NCBI RefSeq assembly: GCF_026210795.1
Contig: NC_089433.1
Coordinates: 3,162,001 to 3,226,000, forward strand
Source: Rhizophagus irregularis
Lineage: Eukaryota
Reading direction: 5' to 3'
Length of the DNA: 64,000 nt
The number at the start of each line of letters is the position of its first letter. Positions within the stretch are counted from its first letter, which is position 1. The notes under the pieces are model-generated. The model saw only the letters and a list, made by a program, of their open reading frames with translations, did no database searches and was not told the DNA's origin. The position numbers were made by a program, and so were the translations under genes. Below, piece by piece: positions 52,236 through 64,000 of this stretch.

Positions 52236-53789
52236 TTTTATTTAGAATATTTAGAAAGAGTGTGGAAATCAGCTTACATTTATATTAATGCAGTAACCGC
52301 GTTAACTACGTGAAGAATCTTCTGATCACAAATGAATCAGAATAAAGTACACGCTTGAAATACGAAAAAAAGTTCAAATTCTTTGTCAAAAACTATTTTA
52401 TGAGGCAATTTTCATCAAATAAAGCAGTGTTCGATCTGACATAATAAATCACACGAGTTTATATTTGTCATTACGAAACAAACTTTACCCCTGACATTTT
52501 CAGCGATTGTTATTTATCTAGCTTTTTTTGTTCATGGTAAAGGTCTTGTGGATTGTTAAAAAATTTATTAAGTACGTCACATCTCCACATTTTAACGAAT
52601 TATTGAATTATTATTATTACTACTATTTTATAATTTACATTTTTATCATTTATATGATTTAGCGAAAAAAAATTAAATTGAACCTGGCAGTAAATTTAAT
52701 TTCTTACAAATGTAGAGATTGTTAAGTATTTGTTTACGAACTTAACAATTTATTTTAATTTGTCAGTGATCTTATGTTGCTATTTTGTAAATCACATTTA
52801 AATTGGAATAAAGAAATGAGCAAAAGTTTGTAACCGGTAACTTACATAATGGTAATGTATTGCAATGACAACCAATCTTTAGTATTCTGAGACAATATTC
52901 TGGTCAATCATGAACGCGGATCTGTCAGTGAGATATCTCAATTATACTAAAATTTATTGTGTGTGAAAGTTTTTCTCTCCCTTTACTGATTTCATCATAA
53001 CACTAAATTGAATGTAGCTTCGATAAAAGTCATGGAGAATTTAAATTCAACACAATGCCTTCATCGGATTGAATATTATGGTAATAGCCCGATGAAAACA
53101 TTTTTTTGCCATGACATAATGTATTTTCTTATATGAAAATTTAGCCAATAAAAACCATCTCCTCTCATCAATTTTGATAAAAAAAATTATTTTATAGCGA
53201 AAAAAAATCTTTCAAAATACTTTAAAAATTTTTTTTTTTAAAAAAAAGGAGCTAATAATATTACATATTACACAAGAAAACTTAATTCTTTTAGAAATGA
53301 TAACCCAAACAAAAAAATATTTTTTTTGTCGTATTACAAACAAAAAATGATACACAAAATAGAAAAATGTATAAGACATGCGTTCCTATCCAATAAAAAT
53401 GGAATGGGAATCCTAATCTATATCTGCCAGTTGGGAAATCCAGATCTTCAACATGTAAAATAAGGAGCAATCAGAAATTTACTTATTGTTGCCAAACCGA
53501 CAATTATGCCAATTAGACTTTATTTGTTAATGTGATATATTAAAATGGTATATAGAAAATTCACTGGTTGAGATTAGGGGTACAGACTTTTTCTTTTTTT
53601 AGCAGTGACGTTACGGCAGTTACGTCGGTAAAGTTTGTTGACAATTTTTGCATGTGAATTGTCAAAGCAAAATAAATCAATCGGTAGATCAGACTAGCCA
53701 ATTATGGTTTGTGCCGAAAGATAATCTTTTTAGCGTTAATAAACTTAAAAAAAAATTTTTCCTTTAAAAAAATTACTCTTATGGCTTCA

Positions 53790-54660
53790 TTTTTTAGGTA
53801 TGTATCAGCTTAGATTTTTGCGCTTTGGATCGGTAAGTTAGCTTCGAAACTTAACTTTTTTAGTAAATTTTTCTTTTGAAAAAACTTTTTAATTTTTATT
53901 CATAGATATCGGTTTCAAGGGGGGGAAGTATTTTTAAAAAAATCGTTTTAAACTTTCATTTCCTTTTTTAGATACCGGCTTATTTGGATCAGATCTTGGA
54001 TTTAGTAAGTTTCGGTTCAGAACTTACAATTTTATTTTAATTTTTTCTTTTTTTTAAATTCCTCTTTTTTTTGTAGGTATCGGTTTCTTCAGCTTTGGGG
54101 TATGGCAAGTTTTGATTTGATACTTCGAAACTTACATATTTTCTTTAATTTTTTATTAGTTTTTCACCTTTCTTTTTTTCTGTAGGTACTGGATCTTTTG
54201 GCATTGGACTTCAGACGTTGACTTCTTGGACTTCTTTGGTTGGATTTCTCAACATTGAACAGCACTTGGACTTTTTTTTCTGTAGGTCAGCGTCTTGGAG
54301 TATTTTCTCTTGGAACGATAAGTATCTTTGGTGGGTATGGTGATGTTAGCATTATTAAATTATACCAACGCCATTTTTCTTATCTAAAAATTTTTTTATT
54401 ATAGGACCTTCAGAACCAAAGGAACCCCCTGAGAGGTAATTATTAAAAGTAGGAGGGGAGTTTTTTTAAATTGAGAACGCTAGTAAGCTTTATTAACGTT
54501 TCACTTTCTTTTTTTTATTGTAGGGCCTACCAGGTACTTTGAAACTAATAAAACGGCCCATAGAAAAGAAGGGGAGATGTTTTAAATTGGAAATATTAGT
54601 AAATAATACTAATGTATTCTTTTCTTTTGTATGTTTTGGCAGGTTCATTGGATAGATAGT
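53790..54660 (+). ncRNA. Putative micro-exon/intron array with hairpins over the donors
   Basis: GTAAGTTAGCTTCGAAACTTAAC and GTAAGTTTCGGTTCAGAACTTAC donors, TGTAG acceptors, ~20-35 nt exons; followed by a TTTGACCTGTG right TIR ending at 55025. Confidence 0.55.
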
Positions 54661-55387
54661 ATATGTAGGATTTATCAAATTAGCTTATTGATAGATTGTA
54701 TTTTAAATTATTGTATTAGAATAATAATAAATATAATATTTGCAATCAATTCAAATCAGCACATTTCTATTAAACAATTAATTACAATCGAAAGATTCTA
54801 TTAGCAATCAGAAGATACTGGTTATATTTAATTTGACAAATTAAATAGTGGTCAAATTAAATAGTGCCAGGTGTGATTTATTTTTATTATGTAATATTAT
54901 AATTGGCACATCCGGTTATATTCTGATTTGCACCATTAATTGACCGCCTAACCGGCATCTGATCACCAAATAAGGATGACTATTGGCATCCAATTGGATG
55001 CCGATTTGTCAGCATTTGACCTGTGTATATATTTTGATAATCTTAATTCGAAAATTTAGTAAGCATTTCCTTTCTTCAAAATAAATACTAGCAAGATGTT
55101 GAAACCTAAAATTAAAATAAAAAACATATTTATATGATAAATTTTGAAGTTAAATACCTTGAAATGCTGCAATCCACATCAGCCAAGATGATATCTACAA
55201 AAAAAGGTTTGAATTTCGTTACTTAAAAGAAAAAAAATGTGTTGATCTGCTAAAATTGAGAATATTCAATAAAATTTGAATTTTGTAAGTTTAGGAAAAT
55301 TATTTTAAATATTGAAATAATAATTAAAAATATTTAATTTTACTACTTAATATTAATAATTTATAGAAATTAACTCTGAACTTTATT

Positions 55388-58300
55388 TTATATTGCATTA
55401 TAAAAAAATTCATTTAGTAAGTAAGGTTGTGATAGATTATGATTTCTTACTGAACAGTCATTAACACATTGATGAACAAAATGGACTTTAGGTATAGAAG
55501 TTACAAAAGAAATAGGAAAAACATTGTGCCATTTTTTCCTTTCTGTACATATTTTGTATTTTTGACACATCATTAGAGAATCAATACCATTTCTTCCTTC
55601 AATTTTTTCAAACCATTTTAAAAAATAAAAAGGGTATGTTTTAGCATTATTATAAGTATGTAAAAAAATGGCTTGTACTATTGCATATGAATTCCCTTCT
55701 AATTTCTCTTCAAGTTCTACTACATTTCCAACACTTATTCGTATTATTGATGATTCACCATCTTGGTTTAATACCTTATATGAAATATAATTAAAATAAA
55801 TAATTTTGGTATTATGAAGATATTCTGTAAAGTTAAAGTATTCTTTATAAGCTGTTTTAAGACCATAGTAAATATCACCATTAATTGATATATTTGTTTC
55901 AAAATTATTTTGCAAAATCTTATATTGTTTCCATTTAGCTTGTAGCTGAATTTCATAAATAGAATTATCTGGGGATTCAACTGCTTCATTAATTGCTATA
56001 TAATAAAATTTTTTAATAAGTGAAAATTAAAATTAAAATCAGTTAAATAAATTAATAATAAAACATACCTATTTTTTCAGTATTAGAAATAGTTGCTGAT
56101 GTAGCAAACCAAGAAGAAAGCAATAATCTAAAAATATTGTCTTGAAAATAACCATTTCCCAAAAAATTATTATAATGAGAATCCAAAGTACTATCTATGA
56201 TATTACGTAATACCTGTAAAGTATTATATCTTTTTATTAGATCCTTTTCTATCATTTTTCCATTTGTATGTGAAACAGTATTTTTAAATATTTTATGAAC
56301 CATTTCTTTAACTCCAATAGCACTATTTACTAATGTAGCAAATGTTTTAGCATGATGTTGTAAATGACCATTAATATGTAAATTAGGAAGATTAGTAAAA
56401 TCTTGAGGAAAAATCTATAAAATTAATAAAATAATACTCTAATTAATATTATATAATAATTAATAATATTATTTAATTTTAATTAATACCTTTGTAAGTA
56501 AAATTGCTTCTTGGTTTAATAAATCATTCAAAATTTTATATGATTCATTATTAAAAAATAAACTAAAATAAAGTTTAGCACATTTTGCTACTACTACCCA
56601 ACATTGAATTAATTTATCTATAATTCTATTTGTATTAACAGATAGATTTTCTTGTAATTCAATAAGTGAATTGTTTTTTAAATGTTTAATTTGTAAATAT
56701 TGTCAAAGAATATGTGGTAAAACCATAGCTAAATGCAATCTATCTGACATCATAAAACTTTGTCTATGTGTAATTGGATTTGGTAATTTATGCCATTGTA
56801 TAGGCATTTCAAATAACTTCCAATTTTTAATAAATTCATTATTTCCATTTGAATTAAACATATTAAATGTACAATCCATTAATTTTAATATTTTACCAGC
56901 AATAGCGTGATAGATATCTTGGGGTGATTGAAGAAGTCGATCACGTATTAAATTATCTAATATTGGTTTCTGATTTCTTAACCCAAATTTTGAACATAAA
57001 TTCCTTTGAATTGTTAATGAATCTGAATTTAATATAAGGTCAAATTCATCATCCATTAAATGATGATATCGCAATTCTTTAGATATATCATCAAAAGATT
57101 TTAAAGAATTATGATTTTCAATTTTACAAGAATGACAGCCTCTTTTAGCATTATGTCTCATAACTCCTACTAAATCATTTCCCTGTAGAAGGTCTGCAGT
57201 AACAATACCAAGACCTGCTATTACCAATATATTTTTACCTTGAATATTAAAAACTTTTCCTTTTTCTAATTCTTTTAATTCTTGTAAAAATGGACTAATA
57301 AATTCTTTAAAGTTTCCACCAAAAGGAACAAATCCTATAATAAAATGATTTTTTAAAAGTTTTCTCATTGAAAATGGCATATTGCCAATTTGTATGTAAA
57401 TACCACCTAATGAATGATATATATTTCGAAAAGTGCCAAAATCATCATAATAAAGATCTATAAATATTTTCCACATTGGTAAATTATGTGGATTTTGAGG
57501 AAAAGGACAATATTCTGATGGATAATAAAAGTATATTATATCTTCCTACAGTGCATACCCATTTGTTTTGATAGTGTAATATTCGATGGATGTCTAAATC
57601 TATAACATATATTTCTGATTTTCCATTTGTTTTGATAATTATATAAAATTTCAGCAACAATATATGTATAATAATTAGGCTCTTCTTGATCTTGTAACCA
57701 TACTGATGTTTTACCAACTATAACTTCAGGTTCAACTATTATAGGTTTATCTTCTAATAACCATCTTTTATTACTACTATTAGAATAACGATCAGCTGTT
57801 TGATATTGAGCTGGAAGTTCATCAAAAGTTAAAAATCTCTGCAATTTTAACTTTAATCTACTGTTATGTAGAATTATAGACGTTATTCTTATACAATTTA
57901 ATTGATTTGATGCCATAATATGAACAAAGTCTCCTGTAAAATATTCAACTAAATAAACAAATAATAATATATTTTAGTTAAATAATATTAATATAATTTA
58001 TAATTAATGAATACCAAATATTTAAAAAAATACCTGAATTTATCGTAATATTATGTTCACCAAATAATGGAGATTGCTGCCATAGTTCACCATGCCAAAA
58101 TTCACTTTTATTCTCTACTTCAATTCCTGGACCATTATACATTTTAGAAATTAAAAGTGGGTTAGATAAAGTTTTTTTTATGATATCAAATAATGATATT
58201 GCATATGCCTCTCTAAAAGGCTGAGAAGTAGATTGTGTTTTCATGTTAGATATGGGTATAGTGTATTTCTTGACTGTTAACAATGGTAATCTAGCTCGAC

Positions 58301-59021
58301 TATTTTTTTAAAGTATCTAATATTCGTAGGAACTTCTTTGACATCAAAATTTGGGTGGTTTAAAATTTTAACCAAGTCTTCATACGCATTTGTTGCTAAC
58401 AATAAAACGTTTTAAAATATTAAATAATATCTTAGACAAAATATTAATTTATTAATTAATTTTACTTACTTATCATATGTTTAGTAATCCAAGCAAATAT
58501 TGAGGCAGAAGTACTTAATGAAAAATAAGGTCCAAATTCACCATCAAAAGGAGAATTTGGTAATGTATTATTTTCAAGTATATTTTCAGAACCTTCAAAA
58601 TTTTTGTGTTCAACTTCATTATCACTAACAACATCATTATTTTCATCATCACTATCAACATAATCATTTTCATCATCACTTTCGTCATCATCACTTTCGA
58701 TATAATTATTTTCATCATCACTATCATCACTTTCATTGTCGCTATCAACATAATTATTTTCATCATCACTATCAACATAATTATTTTCGTTCTCACTATC
58801 AACATAATCAGTTTCATTATATTCAGTGTAATGTTCAAATCCACTCTCATTTGCATCGTCATTATTATCTGAACATTTAAAGAAAGTTATTTTTAATTCA
58901 AGATATAATATTTTAAATTATTTAAATTCGTTACCTTTTAATTCAGTAGCTACATCATTAATTGTATTGTCTATATTAGTTACATTATTACGAACTTGTT
59001 CTTTTCGTTGTCGTAAATTTA
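55388..59021 (-). pseudogene. CMC/Plavaka-like transposase (YYDDF family), full length, multi-exon, with frameshifts and stops
   Basis: Acidic N-terminal repeats, FWHGELWQQSPLFG, FIDLYYDDFGTFRNIYHSLGGIYIQIGNMPF, TADLLQGND, GCHSC, QDIYHAIAG, PNLH..EMVHKIFK, C-terminal VHFVHQC. Confidence 0.85.
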
Positions 59022-59258
59022 AGCTTCTATTCTTGCTTTTACTGCTTCTTCTTAAAGGCATACTAAATTTAAAAATAAAGGTAATTTTTTTTTATCAATT
59101 TAAAAATAAAAGTAAAATTTTTTTTTATCGTAAAAAAAAAGATCGATAAAAGCCATTGATTGGCCAGCAAAAATATCGATCTCACTCATGAAGACGATCT
59201 TTTATATTTCTGTATTTATGACATACGCAAAAAAATCACGAAAGTTTTTAACCACTAT

Positions 59259-60021
59259 CCCTTAAATGGTTTTGCCGGCAAATTTGCCTGCAATTTTTCA
59301 AAATAAATTTATATCCAAATATAAAGTTTGTCAATATGATTTGGATTATCCTATAATTCCGCAGCTATATCTACATTTTTAGCATCAATTGTATGGTTTT
59401 GATATGTGGTTAATGACTGCTAATCACCGAAATTAGTCACAAATCAACCTCAAAAAAATAACATCGGAATTTTTATATAATAAATTAATTTTCTTTACCA
59501 TAATATTCTGCTTCATTACAAAGCATTTTAATGTATTTTTTTATTTTTATTATGAAACTTCACACTCTAATGAACAAAATAGAGATGATAAAATTTAACT
59601 TTATGCATTTTTTACAAGTTCACAAAAATAATTCTTTTTTTAGGGTTCTATGTAAAGTCAAAATGCCACTTCTAAACATTAAAAATCATCATAACAAAAG
59701 TTGTTCATCATAGAAATTTCTACATATTCAATTAAGCTTTAATATAGCTGCAATCAAATCCCAATGAGATCGTCAAAGTTAAATGCAAAATTTTTCGAAA
59801 TTTTTTGTCATTTAAAAAATATAACTTTTGACCAATGGTCAATCTTCAATCTTATAATATGTAATTAATAAATAATGATTATTGTCACATAAATTATGAT
59901 TTAAGCTCTTTGCGAAAAAAAATTTTATTAGAATAACTTCATTTTTCATAAAATTAGATGAGAACTGAATTTTCGGTAAAATTGCAGGCAAATTTGCCTG
60001 CAATGTTTTACCGTTTAAGGG
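59259..60021. mobile_element. CCC-terminus MITE (763 bp) in the transposase-TERT spacer
   Basis: TIR CCCTTAAA(T/C)GGT..GGCAAATTTGCCTGCAATTTT; 2-bp TSD AT. Confidence 0.88.
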
Positions 60022-60037
60022 ATAATAAAATATTCTA

Positions 60038-63000
60038 ATGAATAATACAATTGCTAACGCTACACTAAAGACTAATTATTCAAATCTTACACTTTTGTAT
60101 GATTTACTTCAATCATCTGCTCATGATATTGATTTAATTAAAAAAGACGATGAAGAGGAGTATAAGCACCTTCTCCGAACGACTATTGTAAGCTCTAATA
60201 CCTGTAAAGACTTCTCACTGATTACAAAGGAAAAGCAAGAGATTGTGGGAAATATACGAAAAGAACAAATAGGTTTAGATACGGTGAGAATTTATATTGA
60301 TTTATTTCTTTGAGTGAACGTTTACTAATGAACGATATTAATTTGTAAACAATAGATATGTCCATTCATTTTTTAGTAAATAGACATGAACCAATAATCA
60401 ACATAGGCAGATTTGGGTTTACTAAGTCTAATAAATCTATAATTGAAAATCCGAAAGGATATCGAATCTGTGCATTAAATACTACAACTGATTTGATGAA
60501 GAAATCATACGCTTGGTTGAAACTTTATACGAGGTTGGCTTTTGCAAAATTTATATTTAATTAATGTATAAAAAGCATAACTAATTATTATTTTTCAAAA
60601 TAAATAGAATCGGTCAAGAAGCCCTGTGTTTTTTGTTGACAAACTATTCTATTTTTCTTGAGCTCAAAAATGGATGCTATATACAAATTATGGGTCCATC
60701 CATCAGTAGAAAATGTCCCATTGAAGATTTGAATAAATCTTTCAAAGCCGCTATCTTAAATGATCGTAAAATTATAAAAGTATCCAACACGAATTCCATA
60801 TCGAACTTGTTCTTTTCTCGTTCAATTATGTTTTTTAGGCCCTAATATATAATAAAAATGGTGAATTGTGGCACGGGCTGCCAAAAAATCGTAAGTACCA
60901 AAAAAATTCTTACTGTTTTTTTTGTAATAACTAATAAATAAATAATGATTTCATTAGATATCCTTAATGTTGTTAAGTTTTCATATCATAACGTTAATAT
61001 GTCGAATACCGTGATAAGTTATATATTTCCGAAACAATTCAACTTGAAAAACGTATTTACCTGTAGAGAAGTTTCTCATGCATTATATTATACTTATATG
61101 GATAGGAGAAAGGAAATAGATGTAAGTATATATATTTATTAGAATACTTATTAATTGGGTATTATTGTAAAATGATCAATCTATAGCTTATTTTAAAAAA
61201 TAGAATTTACATTGTAAAATTCCGGATTATTTAAAACATCTACTTCCGTATATTGATCACATAATTAAACGTCATAATATATGCCAGTATAGACATTTGC
61301 TTAATACTTACTGCCCGATCCAGGTAATTTTTTTGTGTTTATTTTAATCAAATATTGAATTATTATTTTTTCTTATAATCTGTATTAAATATAAAGGAAA
61401 CAAGTTTAGTTGAGTGCAATACCTATCAGGTAATATTTTAAATATTTTAAAATTATCTTAAATTATTATTAATTTCTAAAAAAAAAATTACTTAATAATT
61501 TAAACAGGTTAAGAAGTTTGTTGTCGGAGTTTTAGATTTTATATTTCCACCCGAATTTTTTGGTGACAAAAATAACAAAACAGTTATTTATAATATGATA
61601 AGTGTTTTTATTGAAAAACGTCACTCTGAAGTAGTATCTTTACATGAAGTCGTGCAAAATTTTAAGGTTATTGTTTAATTTTATTCTATGTATTAAAATG
61701 GTATTTGATTTATTAACGAAATATATATATTTCTAATATTTAGATTAAAAAATGCCAATGGCTTAAAGGCAATAATAATTTGGAAATATTGAAATGTACT
61801 GAAATGTTGTACGAATTAATTTGGTGGATTTTTGAATGTTTAGTAATTCCACTTCTCAAAGTAAATAGATATTTTAAATGATTTTATTTTTTATTTTATT
61901 TATAGTCATTAACAATTTCTATATTAATATTTATAGCTGAATTTTTATATAACAAATCATGCTAAACAAGGAAATAGGTTATCCTATTATCGAAGAGAGA
62001 TTTGGTTTAAAATGGTTGAACAAAATCTTAAATCCCTAACGAGTTCTGTATATGAAAAAATACCGTCAAAGAATGAAGAAACAATTTTCAAAAACAGGAA
62101 ACTGGGTTACTCCGAATTAAAATTCCTCCCTAAAGATAACAAAGGAAATCTGAGACCTATTGTTAACATGAAACGCCCGATGCGTACTTCCAATAATATA
62201 AAGTGACCAAAATCAATCAATTTCATATTAAATACGACGTTTCAGATCCTTAAATACGAAAAAGTAAGTTTATTAAATAATTTGAATTGAATGTTATTGT
62301 AAATATTTAAATATTAATTATTCTTTTTTTTTTATTTGGTAGGAAAAAAATCCTTCATTACTAACTGGGTCTATATTCAATTATAACGAAGTTCATGCTT
62401 GTTTAAAAGAATATAAAAAACACTTATCTAATGATGATAATCCACGACTTTATTTTGCTAAAGTTGATATTAAATGTTGTTTCGAAACAATTGATCAAAA
62501 TATTCTTATGGAAATAATCGAAAAAGAAGTTCTTACTGAAGTTTGTACAATAATAATTTCTTGTTTGCATAATATAATATCTTTTTTTAATTTACTAATG
62601 ATGATTTTTTTAGTACCAATACTCAGTGAATAAATTTGAAGCTATTTATCTAAAAGGTGGAACTATTTATAGAAAACGTGATAACTTTGTTCATGATTCA
62701 AGTAAAAGTTTTTCAACACATTATTTATTGTACTTTAATTTAATTATTTTATTTTTTAAATTTATTTTGTTTTTATCATATATATATATTTAGGTGAATT
62801 TTTATCTTTTCCGAAATACAGCGCCAAATTAACTCAAAATTATAAAAATGCAATTCTTATTGATAATGTGTATGAATCTTATATGGAAGTAGAGGATGTT
62901 CTTGAATTGTTGAAAGAACATATTCAACAAAATATTATAAAGGTAATAAATACAAGTGAATATTATTTAAATGATTTATTTAATTATTTTAACTGATTAA

Positions 63001-64000
63001 ATTTATTAATATAGGTTAATGAAGAATATTATAAACAAAAAGTCAGCATTCCACAAGGATTGGTACTATCATCCTTATTATGTAGTATATATTATGGAGT
63101 TATGGAGCGAGAAGAATTTAAATATATCATTAATGACACGAATGGGGTAAGTATTTTTAAATATTATACTTCAATGTACTTACTGATATATTTAATATTT
63201 AATTAATATTATAATATTATTTAAATATTATTAGTTACTATTGCATTTCCTTGATGATTTTTTGTATATAAGTACAAACAAAAATAATGTTATAAAATTT
63301 ATCACAACAATGCACCAAGATGATTTAAAGTATAAAATCGTTGTAAATGATAAAAAAAGTATGGTAAACTTTGATTTAACTGTTAATAATAATAAAATAA
63401 ATAAAGTTGATGGTTATGGTACGTATTTGCTATTTTATTTTATTTTATTGATTATTTGTTTTATTAATTGTATTGTAAAATATTAACTGAATTTTAATAA
63501 GAGTTCCTGTGGTGTGGAATATTAATTGATACTCGTAATTTGGATGTCAAAGTGGATTATTCAAGATACAGCGATTTATCCCGTTAGTATTCTATAATTA
63601 ATTCAAAAACTATTTATTAATTTACTTATTATTATTTATATTAAATTAGATATTGCTAACATTTTAACTATAAAATCGATAAAGACCCCTGGTACATGTT
63701 TAAAGAAAAAAATGATTGAGTAAGCACTATGATTAATATTATGCAAATTATTAATTTTGAATTAATATAAATAATTATTTATTCAGAATTTTGTTAGCAA
63801 AAAGCCATAAAATTTTTTATGATACTTCGCTAAATACAAGAGAAACTACCCTATTAAATATATACCAAAATTTTTTAATGGCTGGAATGAAATTCCACCA
63901 CTGTATAAAAGGAATGCCTAGACAAAAATCCCAAAGAAATAAAGATTTCGAATTTGGTAAATTTTGATTAAATTTTAATAAATTTAATTATTATTTTTTA
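60038..64000 (+). pseudogene. TERT: Telomerase reverse transcriptase (TERT/Est2) homologue, at least 17 exons, disabled; continues past the window end
   Basis: TEN/GQ (WLKLYTRIG..LLTNYSIF..NGCYIQIMG), YIFPKQF, CP (LLNTYCP), QFP, T (FYITN..YYRREIW), motifs 1/2 (LKFLPK, LRPIVN), A (KVDIKCCFETI), B' (SIPQGLVLSSLLC), C (FLDDFL), E (WCG) and CTE; frameshift near 60844; in-frame TGA at 62204. Confidence 0.93.

Noticed and set aside
60038..64000. Penelope/Athena or LINE reverse transcriptase
   Set aside because: TERT-specific TEN/GQ, CP, QFP, T, IFD and CTE regions are all present in order

Overview
Very AT-rich eukaryotic DNA with short GT-AG introns. Composition, intron size and TE families suggest an arbuscular mycorrhizal fungus (Glomeromycotina-like; inference). 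Almost the whole window is a nested transposon pile, much of it reconstructable from TIRs, TSDs and rejoined reading frames. It holds an ~81-bp satellite, a Zator element, an APE-RT-RNaseH LINE, three Plavaka/CMC-like transposases (one intact) with accessory genes, a hAT element, a Ginger-like foldback and several MITEs. Two things stand out. (1) A compact multi-exon telomerase reverse transcriptase (TERT) pseudogene (60038 to the window end) lies head-to-head with a CMC/Plavaka-like transposase, only ~250 bp apart once a MITE is removed and with no TIR visible between them, so TERT may be transposon cargo. (2) Several non-autonomous DNA elements carry non-coding micro-exon/intron arrays in which introns have hairpins over the 5' splice site and/or the branch point, with compensatory covariation. 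All family calls come from motif recognition by eye; no database search was run.
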